From Macrostomum lignano (taxonomy: Eukaryota): a DNA stretch of 64,000 bases. A model generated the notes under the pieces. The model was given only the letters and a program-made list of their open reading frames with translations, ran no database searches and was not told the DNA's origin. The translations under genes and the position numbers were made by a program. Position 1 is the stretch's first letter. The number at the start of each line of letters is the position of its first letter. The DNA lies in NCBI GenBank assembly GCA_002269645.1, contig NIVC01002529.1:62001-126000 (forward strand), given 5' to 3'. This document shows, piece by piece, positions 23,498-37,475 of the stretch.

Positions 23498-23840
23498 GCA
23501 TGTGTCCTTTGTCGAATGGCATGTGTCGCTTGCCGAATCTCATGCATGCTTGCCGAATGGCATGTGCCCTTTGCCGAATCTCATGTGTCGCTTGCCGAAT
23601 CTCATGTATCGCTTGCCGAATCTCATGTATCTCTTGCCGAATCTCATGTATCTCTTGCCGAATGGCATGTGTCCCTTGCCGAATCTGAATCTCATGTGTC
23701 GCTTGCCAAATGGTATGTATCGCTTGCCAAATGGCGTGTGTCCCTTGCCGAATCTCATGTATGGCTTGCCGAATCTCATGTATCGCTTGCCGAATCTCAT
23801 GTATCGCTTGCCGAATGGCATGTGTCGCTTGCCGAACCGC
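23498..23840 (+). repeat. 21-bp minisatellite
   Basis: CTTGCCGAATCTCATGTATCG and variants. Confidence 0.9.
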
Positions 23841-24261
23841 ATTCGACTCCCTCTGTGGTCCAGCCACACCAGTTCAGCCATCTCCGCAGCCACTCTTGTT
23901 TGCATTTGTTGAGTCACCACAGATTTGACGGAGTTGTCACGGTCTAAAAGAAAAAAAATTGAATTTTTCCAATAGAAATGCCTTGAGTAAGCTGCGCTGT
24001 AGCAAAAATACGATGGCAATTACCCGCCAGAATGTCCTCCGCCTCGGAGCAACCAGCCATCAGAGCTGACAAGTACAGAAAGCACAGAAGCAGCGGCCTC
24101 ATTTCCGTGTGTAAGTTTTTTTATTTTTTGATTTCGAACGCCACTTGCCTAGTAAGTGTTTATTGAGCTTCCGGCTGGACATTGGGGGAATGGGTCTGTG
24201 AGGGGCCATTTATATGTGTGCCTGCCCGCTCTGGATTGGCCAGCAGCTGATTCTAAGGCAG

Positions 24262-24995
<734 letters not shown>

Positions 24996-25699
24996 CACTA
25001 AGACAGTTGTTGCATGCATTATTAGAAAAGGAAAGTTGCGCAATTATAGGTCATGCAGAGAAAGTATGTTTGAATGTAGAGTTGAATTTTATTTCCTATT
25101 TTATTTTGTTACTACTTAAAGTAGAGAATAATCTACTTGGAATGACAAAAATAGTCTGCAGTATTTCGCCCCTTATTTGCTCTCGCATTTTTTAGCTGCT
25201 ACCCGCAAAAAAGGAGATTGGAGAAGACCACAAGGCTACAAAATGGCTACTCGGGTCTGCTGTTTCTCTTTTTGAAAGACGCAACAGCTGCAGGATCGTG
25301 ACTTGAGCTATTTGTACCGATGATGATGATGGGGTTCGGAGTCTGGAGCATCAATCTGCAATTACCTGTTAGATTCTGATGGTAAAAATCCGCCAGAAGT
25401 TGTGTGTGACAGCGGCTGTCTAAGCCTGATTAGTTTACCTGAGACAATTTTAGGCTGACTGAGGCGTTTTATATTTATTAATTAGGTTATTATTGATATT
25501 TCGGGTGAATTGGCCTCATTACGCATAAACTGAAGCTAGTTTTAGTACGAGTATCCAGGGTCTGAGCCAGCTGTAACTGTAGGCGTCAGCTTTGCGGACT
25601 TTCTGAAACATTTGTACGGTCGTACAGCTTGGCTTTTTTATCGATTTTTTAAATGTAGTTTTTGTTGTCAGACACAGGTTAAAGGAAGTCAGAAACAAA

Positions 25700-26232
25700 T
25701 GGAGAGGGAAGAGTGAGAGAGGGATTGGGAGACGGAAGAAAGGAAGAAGGAGAGGTAGAGGGAGAAGGAGAGGCAGAGGCAGAGGGAGAGGAAGGGGGAG
25801 AAGGAGAGGCAGAGGCAGAGGGAGATGGAGAGGGAGAGGGAGAGGGAAAGGGAGAGGGACAGGAAGGAGAGGGAGAGGGAGAGGGAAGGGAGAGCTAGAG
25901 GGAGAGGGAGAGGTAGAGGGAGAGGGAGAGGGAGAGGGAGAGGGAGAGGTAGAGGCAGAGGCAGAGGGAGATGGAGAGGGAGAGGGAGAGGGAAAGGGAG
26001 AGGGACAGGAAGGAGAGGGAGAGGGAGAGGGAAGGGAGAGCTAGAGGGAGAGGGAGAGGTAGAGGGAGAGGGAGAGGTAGAGGGAGAGGGAGAGGTAGAG
26101 GCAGAGGCAGAGGGAGATGGAGAGGGAGAGGGAGAGGGAAAGGGAGAGGGACAGGAAGGAGAGGGAGAGGGAGAGGGAGAGGGAGAGGGAGAGGGAGAGG
26201 GAGAGGGAGAGGGAGAGGGAGAGGGAGAGGGA
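25700..26232 (+). repeat. Polypurine (GAGGGA)n tract with a 146-bp internal duplication
   Basis: Almost purely G/A on +; identical blocks begin at 25825 and 25971. Confidence 0.9.
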
Positions 26233-26832
26233 TAGCGAGTTCTAGCGAGAACAGGTGAGAGAGGGCGTGAGGGAAACGATGAGCGTGCAAGAGGGAGAGC
26301 GAGATAAACAGGTGAATCCTCCCTTCCGAACTAAGACAGAACAGAAACCTTTGGCTTGAGCTTAGAAAACCGGGTCATATCTTCCAGCCGCAGTCCATAT
26401 GAGGCTAATACAGTAAGGCATAGGCTTGCGTGAGCAGATAAGCACAGAGGGAGGGCAGTTTAGGGACGCAGTTGTCCCACAACAGGAGCACTATAACTAG
26501 AAGAGGGAGGAGCCCACACCGCCGAGGCAAAGGGGGATTATTGGAGAAACAGGGCAGAGGTGGGCGGCCCTGGGGAGGAGAAGGGGAGCCTCTTTTTGCT
26601 TTGTGGCCGAAGATGAAGGCTCTGCTCAGCTTCCGCAGCGTGGCAGGGATTCCCGATTGGCTTCATCTGGAGACGCGCGCCCCTCTCTCCGCTAGTGGAG
26701 GGGATGAGGCCAGGGGCTTACTCTGAGACAAAAACGGACTTGGCTCAGCATTCCGCAGTCCTTTGCCCTTTTCTCTCTCTCTCTCTCCCATCTTAGCTTG
26801 CCTTCTCCTCTCCCCTAGCTGAGGGGCGGACA

Positions 26833-29800
26833 ATGGACACAATCAGCAGCTGGCTGACCTGCTGCCCGGTGCTGCACATCGGCGGCGGCGGTGGCGACGA
26901 CGGCGGCATCGGCGGCTCCTCCGCCAAGGCCGATCAGGAAGATTTTGTACCACTGAAAAATGCCGAGAGCAAGCCGCCAGGTGAGATGCGGACTGCTGCT
27001 GAGATGGCGGTGGCTGTTTGAAATGTTGAGATTCTCTTTGATGGATTCAAAGATTCCCCGAGGCGAATATGAGATGGGGAAAACTAAGGGTGAGATTTTG
27101 GTGATGAGATTCTATTGATGAGATTTTAGGATGAGATTCTAGAGGCGTGGGAGATTCTAGAGATGATGAGACTCTAGGGGTAGTGAGCTGCTAGGATATT
27201 ATTCTAGTGTGAGATCCTAGAGTGAGATTCTAGTGTGACATTCTAGGGTTAAGATTCTGGGGGTGAGATTCAAGGGCAAGACTCTAGGGGTGGTGCGACT
27301 CTAGCGTGGGGAGATTCTAGGGGTGGTGAGACTCTAGGGGTGAGACTCTAGGGTGGTGAGACTCTAGGGGTGAGACTCTAGGGTGGTGAGACTCTAGGGG
27401 TGAGACTCTAGGGGTGAGACTCTAGGGTGGTGAGACTCTTGAGATGGTGAGACTCTTGGGTGGTGAAACTCCTGGGTGGTGAGACTCTAGGGTGGTGAGA
27501 CTCTAGGGGGTGAGACTTTCGGGGTAGTGAGACTATAGGGGGGTGAGACTCTAGGGTGAGACTCTAGGGTGAGACTCTAGGGTGGCGAGACTCTTGGTGG
27601 TGAGTTTTCACTGACTACACGACTGCAGACAAATCTTCTGACACTGGCAAGATGACTTCCATGCTTCGATTCACCCTAAGAAACTTTTAATTAACGATAT
27701 AATTTCAATTTGCAGAGTGCAGCTCGATTACAGTGATTAATAATGCCGGTAGCGAGACAAAAATCCGATGCACTGGATTTAAAATTTAATCAAACATAGT
27801 TTTTTTTGTCTCTAGGTGGGCGCTGCAGCCACTGGTTTGTTAAGTCCAGCTCGTCGAGTCTCGACATTTGGCATTGAGTATTCATCGAAAGGAGGTCAAT
27901 GAGTCAAACAGCAGCGCAAATCATCGCTTCGTTTCAGACGCAACCCCCACACCAGGCCGGTCGAAATCTGCAGCCGCGGCTGCCGGCTCCACTGTTGACG
28001 AGAACGGCCGGATGACTGATGGCGGGCGCGGCTGCGTCGGCAACTACGGAGCAACGTCGACAGCCGACCAGAGGGAGCCGCAGACCCGTGCGTGTTTGGC
28101 CTCTGATATTTGCAGTTTTTTAATTTTGCACTTTTAATAAGGACCAAGTGGCGCTATCTAGTGGCGCTATCTAGTGGCGCTATCTAGTGACGCTATCTAG
28201 TGGCGCTATCTAGTGGCGCTATCTAGTGGCGCTACCTGGGGCTCTCTAAAGGAACCATCTGTAGGGACTCCGTCACGAGTTATCCAACCCTCTCTCTGCC
28301 TCCGTCTTCCCCCAAACAGCTCCGGTCGTCAGAGCTCCAAAGTCAAACAACTCAACCGCCGCAACCCCGGCGGCTGCAACGCCGACGACAACCGTCCAGT
28401 CGGTGTCGGACAAGTTCGAGGACCGCGGCCTCGGCCAGCTGCACTTCGTGCTGCAGTTCATCCCGGGCAAGGCCACTCTGTACATCCGCATCATCAAGGG
28501 CGAATGCCTGGCCGCTCAGGACTCCAACGGGCTGTCCGACCCGTACGTGAAGGTGCACCTGCTGCCGGACACGGGCAAGCGGACCAAGCTGCGCACCCGG
28601 ACTTGCCAACGAACTCTGAATCCCATCTGGGATGAGGAATTCTGTTACAGCGGGGTCAGCCGAGGCGATATGGAAACTAAAATGCTGAGGTGAGGACAGG
28701 TTGAGAGCAGGGACTGACAGGTTGAGAGCAGGGACTGACAGGTTGAGAGCAGGGACTGACAGGTTGAGAGCAGGGACTGACAGGTTGAGAGCAGGGACTG
28801 ACAGGTTGAGAGCAGGGACTGACAGGTTGAGAGCAGGGACTGACAGATTGAGAGCAGGGACTGACAGATTGAGAGCAGGGACTGACAGGTTGAGAGCAGG
28901 GACTGACAGGTTGAGAACAGGTGCTGACAGGTTGAGAACAGGTGCTGACAGGTTGAGAGCATGGACTGATAGGTTGAGAGCATGGACTGATAGGCTGAGA
29001 GCATGGATTACGCTAAGGTCGAGGGCAGAGGCTTCGGGCTAATACTAAAGTCGAGTTAACCGGACAGCTAATCCGATATAATTTTGACAAACAAGACGTC
29101 AGTTTTCGAACTGCACGGCAGTAAATTCACTGCTTCCTGCTTCTAATCTTCTTTTTCAATACCCTGGGCATATTTTATTGCTGCATCAGAACACGTCTGT
29201 ACTGACACAAACCCCGAGTCACTAGCAAAACTGATAAGCTATGCTAATTTATTTCATTCGAATGAAACACACCTTCGGTCACCTGGATTCGAAACTTAAT
29301 TCAGGCTCTCAGTTCTCGACGAGGACACCATCGGATTCGACTGGATGGGCGAGATCCTGCTGCCTCTCGGCCACCTGCTGCACGGCCGCAAAGAGTACTA
29401 CGAAATCCCACTGCAGCCTAAGAACTTTGTGAGGCTTGGAGTGGGGGACTGACTCAAGCCCAATCCCGAGACTGACTCAAAGCCAATCATGAGACTGACT
29501 CAAACCCAATCATGAGACTGACTCAAGCCCAATCATGAGACTGACTCAAACCCAATCATGAGACTGACTCAAAGCCAATCATGAGACTGACTCAAGCCCA
29601 ATCATGAGACTGACTCAAGCCCAATCATGAGACTGACTCAAGCCCAATCATGAGACTGACTCAAGCCCAATCATGAGACTGACTCAAGCCCAATCATGAG
29701 ACTGACTCAAGCCCAATCATGAGACTGAATCAAGCCCAATCATGAGACTGACTCAAGCCCAATCATGAGACTGACTCAAGCCCAATCATGAGACTGACTC

Positions 29801-32800
29801 AAGCCCAATCATGAGACTGACTCAAGCCCAATCATGAGACTGACTCAAGCCCAATCATGAGACTGACTCAAGCCCAATCATGAGACTGAATCAAGCCCAA
29901 TCATGAGACTGACTCAAGCCCAATCATGAGACTGACTCAAGCCCAATCATGAGACTGACTCAAGCCCAATCATGAGACTGACTCAAGCCCAATCATGAGA
30001 CTGACTCAAGCCCAATCGTGAGACTGACTCAAGCCCAATCATGAGACTGAATCAAGCCCAATCATGAGACTGACTCAAACCCAATCGTGAGACTGACTCA
30101 AGCCCAATCATGAGACTGACTCAAGCCCAATCATGAGACTGATGAGACTGACTCAAGCCCAATCATGAGACTGAATCAAGCCCAATCATGAGACTGACTC
30201 AAGCCCAATCATGAGACTGACTCAAGCCCAATCATGAGACTGACTCAAGCCCAATCATGAGACTGACTCAAGCCCAATCATGAGACTGACTCAAGCCCAA
30301 TCGTGAGACTGACTCAAGCCCAATCATGAGACTGAATCAAGCCCAATCATGAGACTGACTCAAACCCAATCGTGAGACTGACTCAAGCCCAATCATGAGA
30401 CTGACTCAAGCCCAATCATGAGACTGATGAGACTGACTCAAGCCCAATCATGAGACTGATGAGACTGACTCAAGCCCAATCATGAGACTGATGAGACTGA
30501 CTCAAACCCAATCGTGAGACTGACTCAAGCCCAATCATGAGACTGATGAGACTGACTCAAGCCCAATCATGAGACTGACTCAAGCCCAATCATGAGACTG
30601 ACTCAAGCCCAATCATGAGACTGACTCAAGCCCAATCATGAGACTGACTCAAGCCCAATCATGAGACTGACTCAAGCCCAATCATGAGACTGACTCAAGC
30701 CCAATCGTGAGACTGACTCAAGCCCAATCATGAGACTGACTCAAGCCCAATCATGAGACTGACTCAAACCCAATCATGAGACTGACTCAAAGCCAATCAT
30801 GAGACTGACTCAAACCCAATCGTGAGACTGACTCAAACCCAATCGTGAGACTGACTCAAGCCCAATCATGAGACTGACTCAAACCCAATCGTGAGACTGA
30901 CTCAAGCCCAATCGTGAGACTCATGAGACTGACTCAAGCCCAATCATGAGACTGACTCAAGCCCAATCATCGGGGAACCATCACTGGCAGGAACTGGACC
31001 GCAGCCTGAAGCTGGAGCAAGAGGACCGCGGCAAGATCATGATCGGGCTGTGTTACGCGCCGGCGAAGAGCGAGCTGACGGTGCGGGTCATCCAGTGCGT
31101 GAACCTCATCGCCATGGACGCCAATGGCTACAGCGATCCGTTCGTTAAGCTGTGAGCTGCTCTTGCTGGGCGAGTCGCTGAGTTCGATCGATTTATTAAT
31201 ACTGACTTTACTGACCTAAAAAATTGCTTATAAAAACTTCGATCCCACAGAAACCTGAAGCCAGGCCAGGATAATTTCAAAAAGTACAAAACTGAAGTTA
31301 AGAAGCGAACTCTTAATCCTGAGTATAACGAGGTACGCTGTGGAATTATCCCTGGATTATCCAAACTGTACTATTTTAGTCTCTAAATATCATTCTTCAC
31401 AGATTTATATTGTATTATTCACTTATAATATTTTAGTATATTAGCTATGGGATTTTATACTGTATTGTCTATCCTACACTGAACTGTCTATCCTACACTG
31501 GATTGTCTATCCTACACAACTGTCTATCCTACACAACTGTCTATCCTACACTGGATTGTCTATCCTACACAACTGTCTATCCTACACAACTGTCTATCCT
31601 ACACAACTGTCTATCCTACACTGAACTGTCTATCCTACACAACTGTCTATCCTACACAACTGTCTATCCTACACAACTGTCTATCCTACACTGAACTGTC
31701 TATCCTACACAACTGTCTATCCTACACAACTGTCTATCCTACACAACTGTCTATCCTACACAACTGTCTATCCTACACAACTGTCTATCCTACACAACTG
31801 TCTATCCTACACTGAACTGTCTATCCTACACAACTGTCTATCCTACACTGAACTGTCTATCCTACACAACTGTCTATCCTACACTGAACTGTCTATCCTA
31901 CACAACTGTCTATCCTACACTGAACTGTCTATCCTACACTGAACTGTCTATCCTACACTGAACTGTCTATCCTACACAACTGTCTATCCTACACTGAACT
32001 GTCTATCCTACACTGAACTGTCTATCCTACACTGAACTGTCTATCCTACACTGGATTGTCTATCCTACACAACTGTCTATCCTACACAACTGTCTATCCT
32101 ACACTGGATTGTCTATCCTACACAACTGTCTATCCTACACAACTGTCTATCCTACACTGAACTGTCTATCCTACACTGAACTGTCTATCCTACACTGAAC
32201 TGTCTATCCTACACTGAACTGTCTATCCTACACTGAACTGTCTATCCTACACTGAACTGTCTATCCTACACTGAACTGTCTATCCTACACTGGATTGTCT
32301 ATCCTACACTGGATTGTCTATCCTACACTGTATTGTCTATCCTACACAGAATTATATTCTATTGTGTGTTCCATCCGCCCTCGTGCACTCTTACAGTTAT
32401 ATTTTAACAGTATTCATAGCTGCTGACTGATTACTCTAGCAACAGTCTACAAAATACTCTAGCAACAGTCTACAAAATACTCTACAAACATGACACTACG
32501 AGTAACAATCTCCAATAGCAGCCGCCAACCCCGCCCTCTCGCACAGGAGTTCCACTACATCCTGAGCCAGCAGGAACTGCAAGAGAAAACACTCGAAATC
32601 ACAGTGTGGGACAAGGACTTCGGCACTAAGAACGACTTTATGGGTGAGCGTGGGGCTCCCGGCTGCCTCCGAGACATCCGGCTTCGAGCCGGCGTTTTTT
32701 TATTCGATAACACTTCTTCTGCTCCTGGAAGCGGAAAAATCGTCTATTGCCAGCCAGGGACTGAGCGAGATGGATCAGGGGATGGGAGGGGAGTTCTTAG

Positions 32801-33527
32801 AGCAGAATTTCATCGCATGACCAAATCCAGCAGCTAGCAGCAGTCTCGCTTTGTTGCCAAGTCTGCGCGACGAGTATCAGATAACTGCTGCTTCTGCTCG
32901 GCAATTCTTCACCTTTCGCTTATCGAATTCCGTTTCTAGCCGTAGCTATCTAGCTTCTGACAGGTGCATAAAATAGAGTATAATAGAATAGAATAGAATA
33001 GAATAGAATAGAGTAGAATAGAATAGAATAGAATAGAATAGAATAGAGTAGAATAGAATAGAATAGAATAGAATAGAATAGAATAGAATAGAATAGAATA
33101 GAATAGAACAGAACAGAATAGAATAGAATAGAATAGAGTAGAATAGAATAGAATAGATAAGAATAGAATAGAATAGAATAGATTAGATTAGATTAGATTA
33201 GATAAGAATCGAATAGACACCCCTCCTAGCTGAGGAAGTTCAGTACTGCAATTTACCAAGAAATTCAAACCTACTTCAATAATTAAATTAAGAACATCAA
33301 AGCAAAGAGTTAAATGAACGGTGCTAAAGGCCTCAGTATCATCTTGCCTATATTGAAATTCAAAACCAGCAAGCAGTATTGAACCCTGCTTTTGTCACCC
33401 AGGCGCCCTGGTGATCGGCAATCGGTGCAGCGGAGATCGCTGGAGCCACTGGGAGGTGATGATGAAGCAGCCGTACCAGCGTCACGATCGGTGGCACTCT
33501 CTGTGCCCTGAGCTGCTATTGGACTGA
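26833..33527 (+). CDS. Doc2: Double C2-domain Ca2+ sensor, Doc2/rabphilin family (about 418 aa, 8 exons)
   Basis: Exons 26833-26980, 27938-28087, 28320-28689, 29305-29428, 30991-31151, 31251-31332, 32547-32643, 33403-33527. All introns GT-AG with compatible phases, 1257 nt in total. C2A: DSNGLSDPYVKVHLLP...RTLNPIWDEEF...DEDTIGFDWMG. C2B: MDANGYSDPFVKL...KRTLNPEYNEEF...WDKDFGTKNDFMG. Exons 1-2 are less certain than the C2 exons. Confidence 0.85.
27085..27605 (+). repeat. Degenerate GTGAGACTCTAGGG repeat in Doc2 intron 1
   Basis: Recurrent GAGA(C/T)TCTAG(G)n units of variable length. Confidence 0.8.
28147..28238 (+). repeat. 13-bp tandem repeat, about 7 copies, in Doc2 intron 2
   Basis: GTGGCGCTATCTA. 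Confidence 0.9.
28696..29005 (+). repeat. 21-bp minisatellite in Doc2 intron 3
   Basis: GACAGGTTGAGAGCAGGGACT starting a few nt after the donor. Confidence 0.95.
29446..30970 (+). repeat. 23-bp minisatellite filling Doc2 intron 4
   Basis: GAGACTGACTCAAGCCCAATCAT, over 60 copies. Confidence 0.95.
31462..32348 (+). repeat. 17/19-bp minisatellite in Doc2 intron 6
   Basis: CTGTCTATCCTACAC followed by AA, TGAA or TGGA. Confidence 0.95.
32986..33216 (+). repeat. (AATAG)n microsatellite in Doc2 intron 7
   Basis: Direct pentamer run. Confidence 0.95.
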
Positions 33528-33891
33528 CACTGGACTGGGCCAGGGAGTGCTAAAAGCGAGCCGTCGATTGGGTATCGGAGCTTTTCAGTTTGTCATGGTC
33601 TGGGACTCCCTCCTGATCGGACGCAGCTTTGACTCCTGTTATATCCTGTTGTGAGCACCCCCTTTGATCGCAGCCCATGCAAAACCGCTTAGAATCGTTG
33701 TTGTAAATTTGCACTCAATTGACTCAATTACTAAATAGAGGATAGGAATTTATTTTTGGCTTGATTATACTAATAATATATCGTTTATCAAGGAGAACTA
33801 GAGAGAGATTTAAAAATCTGAGCAGCAAATTCTTTATGCCCTTTGTAAGAAAAAGATTTCCGAATGTCAAAATAGTGGGCAACCACAGGGT

Positions 33892-34340
33892 GTGACTGAC
33901 CTCAGCCAATCAAATCTGTCGGTCTATTAGTATTGAAATATCGGCAACACTCCTTACTATCCCTCCACCCCAGCACGTGACTGACCTCAGCCAATCAAAT
34001 CTGTCGGTCTATTAGTATTGAAATATCGGCAACACTCCTTACTACCCCTCCACCCCATCATGTGACTGACCTCAGCCAATCAAATCTGTCGGTCTATTAG
34101 TATTGAAATATCGGCAACACTCCTTACTACCCCTCCACCCCATCATGTGACTGACCTCAGCCAATCAAATCTGTCGGTCTATTAGTATTGAAATATCAGA
34201 AACGCTCCTTACTACCCCTCCACCCCATCATGTGACTGACCTCAGCCAATCAAATCTGTCGGTCTATTAGTATTGAAATATCAGAAACGCTCCTTACTAC
34301 CCCTCCACCCCCCACGTGACTGATCTCAGCCAATCAAATT
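33892..34340 (+). repeat. 85-bp tandem repeat, about 5 copies, each with AGCCAATCA
   Basis: GTGACTGAC recurs at 33892, 33977, 34062 and onward. Confidence 0.9.
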
Positions 34341-34914
34341 ATTTGCTCCGTTAGTAATAAAATTACTTTATATTTTAGATTGCAGTTCTTGTCTGAGTGA
34401 TTCAGTCAGTTCAAACTAGCTCAGCCAGATAAAGCGCTATATGTATTGAATATAAATATTCGTTAAAATACTTCCATTGGACTCTATTTTTATGTCATGG
34501 GAACATGCCGCATTGGAGCATATAATTTTACTCAATATTTCCCACTTGCAACACTATGCTCATATTGTTGTATCATTGTATTACTAAGAGTCTCGTGAGT
34601 GGTCGGTTAGAGTAACATTGAAATTCATCAGCGACTCAAATCTATTTCACTCAGTAAAAGCCCCTCGAATTGCTGTAATCACAGTTTTTTCAGCAGGTAT
34701 CGTCAGCTTAACTTTCTGTTGTGAGTTGTGAGTTCTGTCATAATTAGTAAAAAAACAAATGACCATTCTGCATCACCGTATGAATAACAACAGCAGTCAG
34801 TTCGATGTTTCATTCAGTGTACTCGTAAAAATTTCTGCATTTTTTGTTTTTTTGTCTAAAATGAGAGTCAATTTCTAAACTGTAATTTCTAAGTTTGTTT
34901 TTGGCTCACCCTGT

Positions 34915-35345
34915 CAATAGCACTCCTTCTGTCACTCCGTCTGACTCAATAGCACTCCTTCTGTCACTCTTGTCTGACTCAATGGCACTCCTTCTGTCAC
35001 TCTTGTCTGACTCAATGGCACTCCTTCTGTCACTCTGTCTGACTCAATAGCACTCCTTCTGTCACTCTTGTCTGACTCAATAGCACTCCTTCTGTCACTC
35101 TTGTCTGACTCAATAGCACTCCTTCTGTCACTCTTGTCTGACTCAATGGCACTCCTTCTGTCACTCTTGTCTGACTCAATAGCACTCCTTCTGTCACTCT
35201 GTCTGACTCAATAGCACTCCTTCTGTCACTCTTGTCTGACTCAATGGCACTCCTTCTGTCACTCTTGTCTGACTCAATGGCACTCCTTCTGTCACTCTGT
35301 CTGACTCAATAGCACTCCTTCTGTCACTCTGTCTGACTCAATAGC
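34915..35345 (+). repeat. 32/33-bp minisatellite
   Basis: GACTCAATAGCACTCCTTCTGTCACTC(T)TGTCT. Confidence 0.9.
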
Positions 35346-35811
35346 TACTAGTACTTAATGTTCCAGATATTTATCACCATGTTGCTCATGCTCCAATACA
35401 GAAGACTAAGATACTCATATTTTCATGTCAGCGAGTCTTCAGACCCCTCAGATGGTGGCAAAAATTGCCAAGCCGAGCTTCTAAACCACTGGCTTTCAGG
35501 GGGGTTGAGTGCGGCCATCTCGCCCAACTGTTTGCTCAATGCGGAACTCGCCCTGACTGGTGGGGGCGGGGGGCAGATGGCGTCCAGTTTTCGTCTGGAA
35601 GAGAAAAGTCAAACTGATGAAGCGTTGCAGCTGGATGCAGACAGCGGAATACGGCCAGCGCCCAGCCTCTCAGAACCCCCACAACTACCCCACTTCCGTT
35701 CAATTCTATTCGATTTCCGAGAAACATCGGCGCTTAAAATGCTTGCAAACACTGTGTCCGAGTGAATTTTCTGCTCCTAGCATGGCCTGCCCAGTCTCTT
35801 GTGAGCACTGG

Positions 35812-36500
35812 TACTCGTAAACTCATGGGCTCACTCGTGAACTCACTCATAAACTCACTCATGGGCTCACTCGTGAACTCACTCATGAACTCACTTATTG
35901 AACTCACTCATGAACTCACTTATTGAACTCACTCATGAACTCACTTATTGAACTCACTCATGAACTCACACATAAACTCACTCATGAACTCACTCATAAA
36001 CTCACTCATGAACTCACTTATTGAACTCACTCATGAGCTCACTCATAAACTCACTCATGAACTCACTCATGAGCTCACTCATGAACTCACTCATGAACTC
36101 ACTCATGAACTCACTCATGAACTCACTCATGAACTCACTCATGAACTCACTCATGAACTCACTCATGAACTCACTCATGAACTCACTCATGAACTCACTC
36201 ATGAACTCACTCATAAACTCACTCATAAACTCACTCATGAACTCACTCATGAACTCACTCATGAACTCACTCATGAACTCACTTATTGAACTCACTCATG
36301 AACTCACTCATGAACTCACTCATAAACTCACTCATATACTCACTCATATACTCACTCATGAACTCACACATAAACTCACTCATGAGCTCACTCATGAACT
36401 CACACATAAACTCACTCATGAACTCACTCATAAACTCACTCATAAACTCACTCATGAACTCACTCATGAACTCACTCATGAACTCACTCATGAACTCACT
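35812..36500 (+). repeat. 12-bp minisatellite
   Basis: TCATGAACTCAC with occasional TTATTG insertions. Confidence 0.95.
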
Positions 36501-37142
36501 GATGACGCACAATTCAAACCGAAAATTTTTATTATTCCTGGTCACCTGTGTACTCATCACCTCACTCTCCAGCAATCTAACCATTTAGTTTCTGGCAGAA
36601 GTACTTTTATTGTTTCAACATGGCCTACTGGCATTCAGATTGTCTGAACGTTTCTGTTTTTTTTCAGCTCTCACACCGGCCGCGCCACACCGGCTCTGCG
36701 GGGGAGCCCATGGCAACAGCCAGCTAATTTGCCCTATTAACCAAACCAATGAAAGCCCTTGCAATCACTCTCAACCAGACCCATGTGGGTCGCGGTGGTA
36801 ATTGCAGTATTATGATGTCGCTGAAATGTGGGATCTAAGCTACCAGTATAGACTGTACAGCTAGGCAAACTGTGTGCTAAGCCAGCTGCTGGTGGTCGCA
36901 TCTTTAGCCGACAGTGAGAGCGTTGGAAGTGGGAAAAGAGATGCCTGCTTTGTTGGGAAACTCAACTAGAAAAAGTAGGCAAAAATGTGTTTCAAAAATT
37001 GAGTAGAAAAAATTTACGTGGATGCAATAAAAAAATTTCTGCATCGATGTGTTGAAATGCTGTAAGCCGTACTGTGAATTGTAACTGCATGAAATATTGT
37101 GGAATATCCACATCATAAATCAACTTTCAATTCCCTTTCTCA

Positions 37143-37475
37143 ACCCCAGATCCCTATCCCAGATCCCTATCCCAGATCCCTATCCCAGATCCCTATCCCA
37201 GATCCCTATCCCAGACCCCTATCCCAGATCCCTATCCCAGATCCCTATCCCAGATCCCTATCCCAGATCCCTATCCCAGATCCCTATCCCAGATCCCTAT
37301 CCCAGATCCCTATCCCAGATCCCTATCCCAGATCCCCATCCCAGATCTCCATCCCAGATCCCCATCCCAGATCCCCATCCCAGATCCCCATCCCAGATCC
37401 CTATCTCATATCCCCATCATAGATCCCCATCCCAGATCCCTATCCCAGATCCACATCCTAGATCCACATCCCAGA
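37143..37475 (+). repeat. 13-bp minisatellite
   Basis: CCAGATCCCTATC. Confidence 0.95.

Noticed and set aside
27816-27937. Alternative Doc2 exon-2 acceptor (CTCTAG at 27815)
   Set aside because: In the required phase it hits TGA after about 20 codons; the acceptor at 27937 keeps the frame.
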